DNA of 64,000 nucleotides from the human T2T-CHM13v2.0 reference genome, Homo sapiens. The stretch lies in the NCBI RefSeq assembly GCF_009914755.1, contig NC_060929.1; one strand, 5' to 3'. The position numbers and the translations under genes were made by a program. Positions 32,181 to 51,124 of this stretch are shown here, one piece after another. Position 1 is the stretch's first letter; each line of letters opens with the position of its first letter. The notes beneath the pieces were generated by a model, which had not been told where the DNA came from, searched no databases, and was given only the letters and a program-made list of their open reading frames with translations.

Positions 32181-32377
32181 TTCTGGGAACTCCACTGAAG
32201 GTGCCGGGAAAGATGTGAGAGAGCCCTGATCTCTCACCTCTGGCTAACCTTGAGGCTCTGTGCAAGCAGGAAATGAAGGCTGAGGCAGAGTGGTAAGTTG
32301 CTAGAGCATTGAACATGTGGAAATGCTGTAGGAAAGCTTATAAAAAAAGACAAACAAACAAACAAACAAAAAAAACC

Positions 32378-32592
32378 CAGGCAACATAGTGAGACCCTGT
32401 CTCTGTGGGGAAAAACAAACAAACAAACAAACAAAAAAAACAGGCATGGTGCCATGTGTCTATAGTCCCAGCTGCTCAGAAGTCTGAGGTAAGAGGATTG
32501 CTTGAGCTCAGGAGGTCAAGGCTGTAGTGAGCCATGATTGCACCACTGCACTCCCAGCTGGATGACAGAGTGAGACGTTGTCTCTTATTAAA
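32378..32592 (+). mobile_element. 5'-truncated AluJ
   Basis: End of the left arm, an expanded (AAAC)n linker, and the right arm. Confidence 0.85.
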
Positions 32593-35440
32593 AGACAACA
32601 AATAAATGCTGGTGAGGATGTGGAGAAAGGGGAACTCATACATTGTTGGCAGGAATGTAAATTAGTACAGCTGTTATGGACAACATTATGGAGGTTCCTC
32701 AGAAAATTAGAACTACCATATGATTCAACAATCCCACTACTAAGTATATAGCCAAAGAAAATGAAATCTGTATATTGAAGAGATATCTGCAATCCCATGT
32801 TTATTGTAACACTGTTCTGAATAGCCAAGATATGGAATCAACCTAAGTGTTCATCAATGGATGAATGGATTTTAAAATGTGCTATATATACACAATAGAA
32901 TACTATTCATATGTAACAAAGGACAAAATCCTGTCATTTGCAGCAATGTGGATGAACTTAGAAGACATTATGTTAAGTGAAATAAGCCAAGCACAGAAGA
33001 ACAAATACTACATGATCTCACTCATGTGGAATCTAAAAAAGTTGACTCATAGAGGTAGTATATTAGTTAGTTTTTGCATTGCTATAAAGAAATACCTGAG
33101 GCTGGGTAATTTATAAATAAAAGAGGTTTTATTTTGGCTCATGGTTCTGCAGGCTGTACAGGAAGCATAGTACCAGCATCTGCTTCTGGTGATGCTGGCA
33201 CCAGATGCTTGGGAGGATTGCTTGAGCCTGAGTGATGATCTGTGATCACACCTCTGCACTCCAGCCTGGGTGACAGAGCAAGACCCCATACCAAAACAAC
33301 AAAAACAAAACCCCACCCCACCCCACCCCCAAAAAAACCCAAGGTCTGTTCTATTGCCTCTGCAACCAAGGAGCAGGGTTTCACATTGGGAATGTAAGCT
33401 GGTGCAAGGGGTGGGCTCCCGGGGCCTTGGGAAGCTCCACCCCAGTGGCTTTGCACAGTGCACTCCCTGTGTCTGCTCTCATGGGTTGGAGTTGAGTACT
33501 TGCAGCTTTTCTAGGCTTAGGATGTAAGCTGCTCATGGCTCTATCATTCTTGGGTCTGGAGAGCAGTGGGTCCCTTCCCAGAGCTCCACTAGGCAGTGCC
33601 CTAGTGGAGACTGTGTGGGGGCTCTAGCCCCAAATTTCCTCTTTGCACTGCTTTAGTAAAGGTTCTCTGTGAGGACTCTGGCCCTATAGCAGGCTTCTGC
33701 CTGGACACCTGGGCTTTCTTGTACATCTTCTGAAATCTAGGGGAAAGCTGCTAAACCTCCATCACTCTTGCATTCCCTAAGCCCACAGACTTAACACCAT
33801 GTGGAAGCCACCAAGGCTTGCAGCAGCTTGTGCTCTCCAAAGTCATGGCCCCAGCAATATGGGTTCCAGAGCAGACCTTATTTGAGCTAAGACTGGAGCT
33901 GGAGAAGCCAGGATGTGGGGAGCAGTGTCCCAAGGCTGCTCAGGGCAGCAGGGCCCTGGGCCTGGCCCCAGAAATCATTCAGTCCTCTTAGGCCCCTGGG
34001 CCTGTTATGAGAGGGGCTGCCTTGATCTCTGAAATGCCTTCAGGGCCTTTTCCCCATTGTCTTGGTTATTAGCACTTAGCTCCCTTTCAGTCATGCTAAT
34101 CTCTCTAGCAAGTCATTGCTTCATAGCCTGCTTGAATTTCTCTCCTGATAGGGCTTTCTCTGTCTCTGGCAAATGGCGAGTCTGCAAATTGTCCAGACTT
34201 TTATACTGTGCTTCCCTTTTAAATATAAGTTCCAACTTTAACCTCTCCTTTCCTCCCATATCTGATCATAGGCTGTTAGAAGCAGCCAGGACACATCTTG
34301 AACATTTTGCTGCTTAGAAATTTCTTCCGCTAGATTCCCTAAGTCATCACTCTTATGTTCAGCTTTCCACAAAGCCCTAGGATATGGAAACAATGCAACC
34401 AAGTTCTTTGCTAAGGGATAACAAGGGTGACCTTTATTGTAGTTCTCAATAGACTCCACATTTCCATCTGAGACCTCATCAGCCTGGGCTTCACTGTCCA
34501 TGTCTTTATCAGCATTTTGGTCACAACCATTTAACCAGTCTCTAAGAGGTTCCAAACTTTTCCTCGTCTTCCTGACTTCTGAGACTTCCAAGCTCTTCCA
34601 TTCTCCCTGTTACTTAGTTCCAAAGCTGCTTCCACATTTTCAGGTACCTTTATATCGGTACCACACTTCTGGTACCATTTTCCCATATTAGTTTTTGTGT
34701 TGCTGTAAAGAAATACCTGAGGCTGAGTAATTTATAAAGAAAAGAGGTTATATTTTGGCTCATGGTTCTGCAGACCATAAAAGAAGTATGGTGCCAGCAT
34801 CTGCTTTTGGTGAGGGTCCCAGGAAGCTTACATGGTAGAGGGCAAAGGGGAGCCAGCATGTCACATGGTGAGAGAGAGAGCAAGAGAGAGAGGGGGGAAC
34901 TGCCACACACTATTAAACAACCAGATCTCATGTAAACTCAGAGTGAGAACTCACTTATCACCAATGGAATGGTGCTAAACCATTCATAAGGGATCTGCTC
35001 CCACGATCCAGTCAACTCCTGCTGGGCCCCATCTCCAACACTGGGAACCACATTTCAACATGAGATTGGGAGGAGACGAACATCCAAACCGTATTATGTC
35101 AATAGTGGTTGCTAAAGGCTGGGAAGAGCAGGGGGGAAGGAGAGGAGCAGAGGTTGGTTAATGAGGTACAAAGTTACAGTTAGATAGGAGGAATTAATTT
35201 TGGTGTTCTGTGCAATAGGGTGATGATATTTAGCAATATGCATTGTATACTTCAAAATAGCTAGAAGAGAGGACTTTGAATGTTCTTATCACAAAGAAAT
35301 GGCGTGTTTGAGGTGATGAATATGCTGATTACCCTGATTTGACATTACACATTGTATATATGTCTTGAAATATCATACTGTACCCCATAAATACATACAA
35401 TTATTATATGTCAATTAAAAACAAAATAAACGTTAAAAAA
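32593..35440 (+). mobile_element. L1MA-type 3' end (32593-33058 and 35097-35440) interrupted by an MST provirus
   Basis: gctggtgaggatgtggagaaaggggaact...ctcatagaggtag resumes as aatagtggttgctaaaggctggga...cccataaatacatacaattattatatgtcaattaaaa. Confidence 0.8.
33059..35096 (-). mobile_element. MaLR MST(A/B) provirus: complete 5' LTR 34684-35096, internal region about 33340-34683, truncated 3' LTR 33059-33192
   Basis: Both LTR copies share gctrtaaagaaatacctgaggctgrgtaatttataaa...ggctcatggttctgcag. The internal ORF remnant at 34238-34591 (LNGCDQNAD.DMD.E.QA.EVSDG) is typical of MaLR. Confidence 0.9.
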
Positions 35441-35694
35441 CAAAACACAATCTATAAAAAAACTGATTGCAAACATTATACTTAATGATGAGAAACTTGA
35501 TGCCTTCCTACGAAGATCAGGAACAAGAAAAGGATGCTTACTTTCACCACTCCTATTTAACATCATACTGGAAGTCATGGCTAATGCAATAAAACAAGAA
35601 AAAGAAATAAACATGTAAAGACTGGAAAGGAAGAAATAAAACTGTCTTTGTTCACATATATATTTTAAAAGTTAGGAAAGTTTTGTTATATTTT

Positions 35695-35993
35695 CTTTTT
35701 TTTTTTTTTGAGACAGAGTCTTGCTCTGTTGCCCAGGTTGGAGTGCAGTGGGGCCATCTTGGCTCACTGCAAGCTCCGCCTACCAGGTTCACGCCATCCT
35801 CCTGCCTCAGCCTCCTGAGTAGCTGGGACTACAGGTGCACGGTGCCATGCCCGGCTAATTTATTTTTGTATTTTTAGTAGAGACGGGGTTTCACCATGTT
35901 AGCCAGGATGGTCTCGATCTCCTGACCTTGTGATCTGCCCGCCTCGGCCTCCCAAAGTGCTGGGATTACAGGCATGAGCCACCGTGCCCAGCC
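35695..35993 (-). mobile_element. Alu (AluY-like)
   Basis: gcaagctccgcc and ttcacgccat. TSD AGTTTTGTTATATTTTC. Confidence 0.95.
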
Positions 35994-36075
35994 AGTTTTG
36001 TTATATTTTCACTGCCTTGTCCACTCCCCTCCCCAGCATGGTGATGATCCTGAAGACAGCAGCTCACATTCCTAA

Positions 36076-39038
<2,963 letters not shown>

Positions 39039-40306
39039 TATCTAGGGGGATTCAGTAACAGATTTGAGTAAATAGAATAAAGAATTGGTGAACTTGAAGA
39101 CAGGTCAGTTGAACTTGTTCACTTTGAGAAGCAGAAAGAAAAAATGATGATAAATGAACAGAGCCTATGAGAACTGTGGGACACCATAAAACATACTAAT
39201 ATACACATAATAGGGGTTCCAGAAGGAGAGGAGAAAATAAGGCAGAAATAATATTTAAAGAAATAATGGCCCCAAATTCCCAAATTTGATGAGAGACATG
39301 AATATATACATCCAAAAATTCCAATGAATTCCAAGAAGGAGAAACATAAAAAGAGCCACACTAAGACATGTAATCAAACTGTCAAAAGCCAGAAATAAAG
39401 TGAGAATCTTGAAAACAGCAAGGGATAAGCAAGTTGTCACATACAAGAAACCTCAATAAGATTAACAGCCGATTTATCCTCAGAAACTATGGAGGCCAAA
39501 ACACAGTGAAAAGCCATGTTTAAAATATAAAAGAAAAAATACTGTCAATGAGAAATACTGTATTCAGCAAAATTATCCTTCAAAAATGAAGGGGAAATAA
39601 AGACTTCCAGATAAACAAAAATGAGAGGGTTTGTTGCTAGTAAACCTGCCCTCAAAAAAATGATAAAAGTTGTTTTGTAGGTGGAAATGAACAAGACAGT
39701 AACTTGAACTCATACAAAGAAATAAAGAACTTGGGTAAGGCAACTGCATCAGTAAATACAAAAGCTAGTGTTATTGTGTATTTTGATTTGTAACTCTTTT
39801 TAAAAATATATGGTTTAAAATACCAATGTTATAGTTAATGGGCACACATGTTTGAAGGAGTAGTTTATAATCACAAAAACATGAAGGGAGAGAGATGAAG
39901 CTGTATAGAGCAGAATTGTTATATACTATTGAAGCTAAGGTTGTGTTAATTAAAAATAGATTGTTATAAATTTAAGAGGTTAATTATAATCCAAAGGGTA
40001 AGCACTAAGGGAACAACCAAAAAAACTGTACAGAAAAGGAAATGAGAAAGGAATCAAAATGGCACAGTACAAAAAAATCAGGTATATATGCAAAAAGGCA
40101 GTAATGGAGGAATTGAGGAACAAAAATATATGACATATAGAAAACAAATAGCAAAACAGCAGAAGTGTGTCCTTTATCTGTAATTACTTTAAATATAAAT
40201 GGATTAAACTCTCCAATTAAAAGGCAGAGATGAACAGATTTTTAAAATCCCATTCATATGTTGTCTACAGGAGACTCACTTTAGATTCAAAGGTACAAAT
40301 AGTCAT

Positions 40307-40520
40307 GACCAGCCTGGCCAACATGGTGAAACCCCATCTCTACTAAAAATACAAAAATTAGCCAGGTGTGGTGGTGCACGCCTGTAGTCCCAGCTACCCA
40401 GGAGCCTAAGGCATGAGAATTGCTAGAACTCGGTGGCGGAGGTTGCAGTGAGCTGAAATTGCACCACTACACTGCAATCTGGGTGACAGAGTGAGACTCT
40501 GTCTCAAACAAATGAAGAAA
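40307..40520 (+). mobile_element. 5'-truncated AluS inside the L1 EN region
   Basis: TSD aag(g/a)tacaaatag. Confidence 0.9.
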
Positions 40521-40797
40521 CAAACCAAAGATACAAATAGGTTGAAAGTGAAAGGATGGAAAAAGATATTCCAAACAAATAGAAACCAAAAGATAGCTGG
40601 GGTGGCTATACTAATATCAGACAAAATAGATAGTAAGGCAGAAACTGCTCTAAGAGAAAAGGAAGGACATTATATTGACAAAGGGATCAATTCATCAGGA
40701 AGATAAAACAATTTTTCTCTAGTACACAAGGATCACTCTCCAGGATAGATTATATATTAGACCATACAACAAATCTCAATAAATTAAAATATTGAAA

Positions 40798-42598
40798 TCA
40801 AAGCAATCCTAAGCAAAAAGAAAAAGTCTGGAAGCATCACATTATCCAACTCCAAATTATACCACAAGGTTATAGTAACCGTAACAGCATGGTACTGGTA
40901 TAAAAGTAGATGCATAGATGCAGTGGAAAAGAATAGAGAACCCAGAAATAAGGCCAAATACTTAGCAACCAACCCATATTCAAAGCATACAAAAACATAA
41001 ATTGGGGAAAGGACACCCTATTCAATAAATGGTGTGGGGAGAACTGGTTAGCCACATGTAGAAGAATGAAACTGGATCCCTGTCTCTCACCATATACAAA
41101 AATTAACTCAATGGAATAAAGACTTACATCTAACACCTGAAACCACAAAAATTCTAGAAGGCAACCTGGGAAAAACTCTTCTGGACATTGGCCTAGGCAA
41201 ACAGTTTATGATTGAGACCCCAAAAGCAAATGCAACAAAATTGTATAAATGGGACCCGATTCAACTAAAAAGCTTTTGCAAAGGAAATAATCAGAGTAAG
41301 TAGACAACATACACAATGGGAGAAAATATTTGCAAATTATGCATCTGACAAAGGAATAATATCCAAAATCTACAAGGAACTCAAAGAAATTAGAAAGAAA
41401 AACAAATCCCATTAAAAAATGGGCAAAGGCTATAAATAGACTTTTATCAAAAGAAGATACACAAATGGCCAACAAACATTTGAAAAAATGCTCCATATGA
41501 CACTAATCAGCATGGAAATGTAAATTAAAACCACAATGACATACCACCTTACCCCAGCCAGAATAGCCATTATTAAGAAGTCAAAAAGCAACATAGATGT
41601 TGGTGTGGTTGTGGTGAAAAGGAAATGCTTATACATTGCTGGTAGGAAGCTAAATTAGGACAACCTCTATGGAAAACAGTATGGAGATTTCTCCAAGAAC
41701 TAAAGGTGTATCTACCATTCAATCCAGCAATCCCACTACTGACTATCTCCCCAAAGGAAAAAAAAATCACTATATCAGACACCTGCATGCATTTTTTTTT
41801 TTTTTTGAGATGGAATCTGGCTCTGTTGCCCAGACTGGAGTGCAGTGAGAGGCACGATCTCAGCTCCCTGAAACCTCTGCTCTCAGGTTCAAGTGATTCT
41901 CCCGCCTCAGCTTCCCGAGTAGCTGTGATTACAGGCATACGCCACCACGCCTGGCTAATTTTTGTATTTTTAGTGGAGACGGGGTTTTGCCATGTTGGCC
42001 AGGCTGGTCTTGAACTCCTGGCCTTGAGTGATCTGCCCACCTCAGCCTCCCAAAGTGCTGGGATTACAGTCATGAGTCACTGTGCCAGGTCTGCATGCAT
42101 ATGTTTATTGCAGTGCAATTCACAGTTGTAAAGAATTGGTATCAACCTAAGTGCCCATCAACCAATGAGTGGATAAAGAAAATGTGATATATATACACGA
42201 TGAAATACTACTCAGCCATTAAAAAAGAACAAAAGAATGTCTTTTGCAGCAACTTGGATGGAATTGGAGGGTATTATTCTAAGTGCAGTAACTCAGGATT
42301 CAAAAACCAAATACTGCATATTCTCACTTATAAGTGGGAGCTAAACTATGGGTATGCAAAGGCAAACAGAGTGGTATAATGGACATTGTGGGGAGACAGT
42401 GAACTCAGAAGGGGGAGGTTGGGAGGAGGGTGAGGGACAAAAAACTACCTATTGGGTTCAATGCACACCTACATGGGTGATGGGTGCATCCAAGTAGTGT
42501 ACATTGCACCTAATAGGTAGTCTAAAGTCCCAGACTTCCCTGCTACACAATTCACCCATGTAACCAAAAACCATGTGTACCCCTAAAAGTATTGAAAT
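40798..42598 (+). mobile_element. 5'-truncated L1PB nested in the older L1; contains an antisense Alu at 41792-42089
   Basis: aaagcaatcctaagcaaaaag...gtaaccaaaaacca..tgtacccctaaaagtattgaaat. Alu TSD ctgcatgcat. Confidence 0.82.
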
Positions 42599-42599
42599 A

Positions 42600-42910
42600 G
42601 GCCAGGGGCAGTGGCTCACATCTGCAATCCCAGCACTTTGGAAGGCCAAGATGGGAGGATCACTTAAGTCCAGGAATTTGAGATTAGCCTGGACAACATA
42701 ATGGGACCCCCATCTATTAAAAAAAAAAAAGAGTGGTGATGTATGCCTGTAGTCCTAGCTGCTTGGGAGGCTGATGTGGGAGGATCACTTGAGCCCAGGA
42801 AGTCAAGGGTGCAGTGAGCCATGACTGTATCACTGCACTCCAGACTACGTGATAGAGCAAGATCTTGTCTCAAACAAACAAACTGACAAAATCCCCCCAA
42901 ACAAAAAACA
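42600..42910 (+). mobile_element. Alu (AluJ-type) in the L1PB tail
   Basis: Flanked by attgaaat on both sides. Confidence 0.9.
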
Positions 42911-43119
42911 ATTGAAATTTTAAAAAAATTTAAAAAGAAACACACACACAAGAAACACACACACACAGCCATATATATATACATATATAATGAATTCTAC
43001 CAGTCACTTAAATATATATATACATAAAATTAGACAAAGTATCTTCACTGACAGCAATGAAACGGAACTACAGAGGAAAACTACATTTTTCAAATATGTG
43101 TAAATTAAACAGCATACTC

Positions 43120-43748
<629 letters not shown>

Positions 43749-44979
43749 TAACTAATGGGTCAGAGAAGAAATCACAAGCGAAATTAGAAAATATAAGATG
43801 AAAATAAAAAACATAACAAAACTCATAGGATGCAGTGAAAGCAGTGCTCAGAGGGAAATTTATACCTATAAATGCTTGACATTAGAAAAGAAGAAAGGTC
43901 TCAAATCAGTAACCTAACTTTATGCCTTAAGGAACGAGAAAAAGAAGAGCAGATAAAGCTAGCAGAAGGAAGGAAATAACAAAATACTAGAACGAGATAA
44001 ACAAAATAGAGGGTAGAGGAACAATAGAGAAAATGAACAAAATCAAAAGTTGGTTCTTTAAAAAGATCAACAAATTGACAAGCCTTTAGCTAGATTGACT
44101 AAGAAAATAAGACTCAAATTACTAATGTCAGAAATGAAATTTGGGACATTTCTACTGATCTTATAGAAGCAAAAAGGGTTATAGGAGAATACTATAAGCA
44201 ATTATATGCCAACAAGTTAAATAATCTAGATGAAATGGACAGCACACAATTGACTTAAGAAGAAATAGAAAACTGACCCATCAGAACAGATAACAAAAGG
44301 TTGAATCAGTAATCAAAAACCTCCCAACAAAGAAAATCTCAGGACCAGGTAGTTTCACATGTGAATTCTACCAGTCATTTAAGGAAAGATTAACACCAAT
44401 TCTTCCCAAACTCTACCAAGAAATAGAAGAGGGAAGACTTCTGAGCTCATCCATGAGACCAGCACAAAACATCATTAAGTAAAGAAAACTATAGACAGAT
44501 ATTCTTTAAGAATATAGATACAAAAATTGTCATTGAGAGAGTAACAAACTGGAGCCAGAAGCATACTTAGCAGGATTATACACCACGATCAAGTGGGATT
44601 TATCTCAAGAAAGCAAGGGTGATTCAAAATACAAAAATCAATCAATGTAATACACCAGTAGAGTGAAGGAAAAAAATTCACCTTAGTTGATGTAGAAAAA
44701 GCATTTGATGAAATCCAGCATTCTTTCATTATACAAAAAAAATTAAACTACAAATAGAAAGGAAATTCCTTAACTTGATAAAGGGCATTTATGAAAAAAC
44801 CCACAGTTAACTTCAGACTTAATTGAGAAAGACGAAAAGCCTTCCCCCTAAAATTAGGAACAAGACTAATATGACTGCTTTCACCACGATTTAACATTGT
44901 ACTGAAAGTTCTAGCCAGAGTCATCAGGCGAGAAAAAGAAATAAAAGGCATCTAAATTGAAAAGAAAGATGTAAAGCTA

Positions 44980-47779
44980 TGGATATGCCTCAGATATTGT
45001 GGATTAAGTTCCAGACCACCACAATAAAGTGAGTCACATGAATTTTTTTGTTTCCTGGTACATATAAAAGTTAAGGTTACATTATACTGTAGTCTGTTAA
45101 GTGTGCAATAGCATTAGATCTTAAAAAAGTATATACTTTAATTTAAAAATACTTTATTGCTAAAAAATGCCAACAATCATCTGAGCCTTCAGCAAGACAT
45201 AATCTTTTTGCTGGTGGAGGGTCTTGCCTTGATGTTGATGGCTGCTAACTGATCAGGATGATGGTTGCTGAAGGCTGGAGTGTCTGTGGCAATTTCTTAA
45301 AATAAGACAACAAGGAAGTTTGCCACATCAATTGACTCTTCCTTTCATGAAAGATTTTTCTATAGCAAGTAATGCTGTTTGTTGAAATATTACCCACAGT
45401 AGAACTTCTTTCAAAGTTGAAGCCAATCCTCTCAAACCCTGCCACTGCTTTTATCAACGAAGTTTACGGAATATTCTAAATCCTTTCTTGTCATTTCAAC
45501 AACTTTCATAGCATCTTCGCCAGGCGTAGATTCCATCTCAAGGAACCAGTTTCTTTGCTCACCCATGAAAAGCAACTCCTCATCTCTTCAAGTTTTATCA
45601 TGAGATTGCAGCAGTTTAGTCACATCTTCAAGCTCCATTTCTAATTCTAGTTCACTTGCTATTTCCACAACATCTGCAATTACTTCCTCCAGTGAAGTCT
45701 TGAACCCCTCAAAGTCATCCACGAGGGTTGGAATCAACCTCTTCCAAATTCCTGTTCATGTTGATATTTTGATCTCTTCCTGTGAGTCCTGAATGTTCTT
45801 AATGGCATCTAGGATGGTGAATTCTTTCCAGAAGGTTTTCAATTTACTTTACCCAGACCCATCCGAAGAATCACTATGTCAGCTATAGCCTTATGAAATG
45901 TATTTCTTAAATAATAAGAGTTAAAAGTTGAAATGACTCCTTGATCAGAATGGATGTTTTATTAGCAGGCCTGAAAACAACTTCTTCATCTTTTTATACA
46001 TCTCCACCAGAACTCTTAGGTGACCAGGTGCATTGTCAATGGGCAGTAACATTTTGAAAGGAATCTTTTTTTCTGAGCAATAGGTCTCAACAGTGAGCTT
46101 AAAATATTCCATAAACCATGCTGTAAACCGATATGCTGTCATCCGGGCTTTGTTATTCCATTTCTAGAGCACAGGCAGAGTAGATTTAGCATCATTCTTA
46201 AGGGCTCTAGGATTTTTGGAATAGTCAATGAGCACTGGCTTCAACTTAAAGTCACCAGCTGCATTACCCCCTAACAAGAGAGTCAGCCTGTCCTTTGAAG
46301 TTTTGAAGCCAGGCCTTACTTTTCCCCTGTAGCTATGAAAGTCCTAGATGGCTTCTTCTTCAGATATAAGTCTTTTTTATCTACTTTGCACATTGAAAAT
46401 CTGTGGTTGAGTGTAGCTACTTTCATCAATTCTCTTAGCTAGATCTTCGGGATAAGGCGTTGCAGCTTCTCTATCAGCACTTGTACTTTTATGTTGTGGA
46501 GATAAGTTATTTTCTCAAACCTCAAGAACCAACCTCTGCTAGCTTTCAGCTTTTCTCCGGCAGCCTCCTTCTCTCTCTCAGACTTCAAACAATTGAAGAG
46601 AATTAGGGCCTTGCTCTGGATTAGGCCTTGGTTTTAAGGAATGTTGTGGCTGGTTTGATCTGTACAGACTGCCAAAACTTTCTCCATATGAGCAATAGGG
46701 CTGTTTTGCTTTCTTATCATGTATGTGTTTACTGGAATAACTTTTAATTTTCTTCAAGAACTTTTCCTTTCTATTCCCAACTTGGCTAACTTTTTGGTGC
46801 AAGAGGTCTAGGTTTTCAACATGCTTTCCTCACTAAGATTAATTATTTCTAGCTTTTGATTTGAAGTGAGAGACTTGCAACCCTTCATTTCACTTGAACA
46901 CTTACAGATCATTGTAGGGTTATTAACTGACCTAACTTCAATATTGTTACATCTCAAGGAATAAGGAGGCCCCAGGAGAGGGAGAGAGATGGAGGAATGG
47001 CTGGTCAGTGGAGCAGTCCGAACATGCACATTCATTGAGTTTGCTGTATTATATGGATCCAGTTTATGCCATCCCAAGCAATTAAAATAGCGTGAACCCC
47101 GAAAATCTGAGACAGGTCTCAGCAAATTTAGAAAGTTTATTTTGCCAGGGTTGAGGATGCATGACTGTGACACAGCCTCAGGAGGTCCTGACGACTTGTG
47201 CCCAAGGTGGTCAGAACACAGTTTGGTTTTATACGTTTCAGGCAGACGTGAGACATCATTCAACATATGTAAGATGAACATTGGCTCAGTCTGGAAAGGC
47301 GGGACAGCTCAAGCAGGGAGGACTTTCAGGTCCTAGGTAGATAAGAGACAAATGGTTGCATTCTTTTGAGTTTCTAATTAGCGTCTCCAAAGGTGGCAAT
47401 CAGATATGCATTTATCTCAGTGAGCAGAGGGGTGACTTTGAATAGAATGAGAGGTAGGTTTGCCCTAAGCAGTTCTCAGCTTGACTTCTCCCTTTAGCTT
47501 AGTAATTTCAGTGCCCAAGATATTTTCCTTTCACAATAGTAACATCAAAGATCACTGATCACAGATCATCATAACAGATATAATAATAATGAAAAAGTTG
47601 GAAATACTGTGAGAATTACCAAAATATGACACAGAAACATGAAATAAGCACACACCGTTGGAAAAATGACACCAATAGACTTGCTTGATGTAGGGTTGCC
47701 ACGAAAGTTAAATTTGTGAAAAACCTGCAGGATCTGCACAGTGCAATAAAGTGAAGTGCAATAAAACAAGGGATGCCTG
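44980..47779 (-). mobile_element. Near-full-length Tigger1 DNA transposon (about 2.35 kb without the nested LTR), transposase decayed
   Basis: The reverse complement of the right end, caggcatcccttgttttattgcacttcactttattgc, is the Tigger1 5' end. TA on both flanks. DDE remnant [10 protein letters not shown] in ORF 45945-46142. Confidence 0.92.
47091..47535 (-). mobile_element. MER4A1-type solo LTR (ERV1) inside Tigger1
   Basis: Reverse strand starts TGTGAAAGGAAAATATCTTGGG..CTAAGCTAAAGGGAGAAGTCAAGCTG. 4-bp TSD ATAG at 47087-47090 and 47536-47539. Confidence 0.9.
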
Positions 47780-48787
47780 TATCTCTATTTGCAGATGACT
47801 TGATCTTATATATAGGAAATCCTAAAAGAATCCATATACTCACATACACACAAGAGGTATTAAACAAATTCAGCAAAGTTGCAAGATACAAGATTAACAA
47901 CAAAATCAATTATATTTCTCTTTTTCTCTGTACTGTATTAGCTGAAAAAAATCAATTGTATTTCTATGCACTATCAATTAACAATCTGAAAAAGAAATTA
48001 AGAAAATTATCTTTACAAGAGCATCCAAAAGGATAAAATACCTAGGAAAAAATTTAAGGTGATGAGAGATGAGTACTGAAAACTATAAAACATTGCTGAA
48101 AGAAATTAAAGAAGACTTGAATAAATGAAAAGACATCCTGTGTTCATGGAAGAGATTTAATCTTGTTAAAATGGCAATACTTTTCAAAGCAATCTACAGA
48201 TACAATGCAATTTTTGTCAAAATTCCAATAGTGTTTTTTATTGCTACAGAAATGGAAAAGGAGATCTTCAAATTCATATGGATATGTAAAAGGCCCCAAA
48301 TAGCTAAAACAATATTGAAAACGAGGAACAAAGTTGGAGGACTTGCACTTTCTGACTTCAAAACTTACTACAAAGATATAGTAATCAAAACAGCATGGTA
48401 CTAGCAATAGGATAGACATATAGACCAAGGGAATAGAACTGAGAATCTAGAAATAAATTCAAATATCTATGGTCAATTGATTTTTTGATAACGGGGTCAA
48501 GACCATTCAATGGGGAAAGAGTAGTAGTCTCTTCAACAAATAGTATTTGGACAACTTGGTATTCACATGCAAAAGACTGAAGTTTGACACCTACCTCACA
48601 CCGTGCACAAAAACAAACTCAAAATGAATCAACAACCTAAATATAAGAACTAAAACTTTTAGAAGAAAACATAGGGGTAAATCTTCATGACCTTGGATTT
48701 GGTAATGGATTCTTACACATGACATTAAGAGTACAGACAACAAAAGAAAAAACAGACAAATTGGGCTTCATTAAATTAAAACATTCA

Positions 48788-49195
<408 letters not shown>

Positions 49196-49258
49196 CTACA
49201 ATTCAACAACAGCATCAACAAAACAAGCAACCCAATCTAAAAATGGGCAAAAGACTTA

Positions 49259-49720
<462 letters not shown>

Positions 49721-50760
49721 ATGGACACTAACAAGTGTCGGTGAAGATGTAGAGAAATTAGAACTGCATTGCTTGTGGGAGTGTAACAATGGTACAACTA
49801 CTGTGGAAAACAGTTTGGCAGTTCCTAAGAAAGTTAAACATAGTATTCCACGATCTGGCAATTCCACTTCTGGGTATATACCCAAAAGATTGTAAAGTGG
49901 GGACTCAAACAGATACTTGTATTGTGCATACATGTTCATAGCCGCATTATTCACAATAGGCAAAAGGTGGAAGCAGCCTAAATGCCCATCAACAGATGAA
50001 TAAACAAAATATGGTAGATGCATACAATGCTATATTATTCATCTTTAAAAAGGAATAGAATTCTATTTTTAAATCAGAAACCAACACATGCTAGAAATAG
50101 AATTCTGCATTCTATTCCACGTGCTACAACATGGAATGAACCTTGGAAACATTCCATGAAGTGAAAAAAGCCAGACACAAAGGGACAAATATTGTATGGT
50201 TTCACCCATATGAGATACCTAGAATAGGCAAATTCATACCATCAGAGAGTAGACTAGAGATTACCTAGGGTTGCGGGGAGAGGGGAATGAGAACTTATTG
50301 TTTATTGGGTACAGAGTTTCCATTTGGGATGATGAAATCCTTCTGGAAATGGTAGTAATAGTTGTACAATATTGTGAATGTGCTTAGTGCCACTGAATTG
50401 TACACCTTAAAATGGTTAAAAATGATAGTATCAACAAAATAGTTAAAAAGAAAATATCAATAAAGTCAAAGTTAGATCACAGAAAATAATTATAAAATAA
50501 AGAACTTTCTTCATGAGACGATCAAGATAAATAGAAGCCCTAAATTAGGAATTAAAAAGGGAAGTACAGATACGGTAGATATCAGAAGTCTAACAATTTT
50601 ATGCCAATAAATTTGAAAACCTAGCTGAAATAGATAATTTTCTAAAAAAAATTATAAAACTGATTCTCAATAAGCAAAAACTTGAAATAAACATTATATA
50701 TCCTTTAATGGCTATAAAGCATTGTCTTAGTTTAAAATTTCTACTACCCAAAACAAACTA

Positions 50761-51124
<364 letters not shown>

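Noticed and set aside
44980-47779. Possible domesticated Tigger transposase gene
   Set aside because: Only short broken ORF fragments remain.
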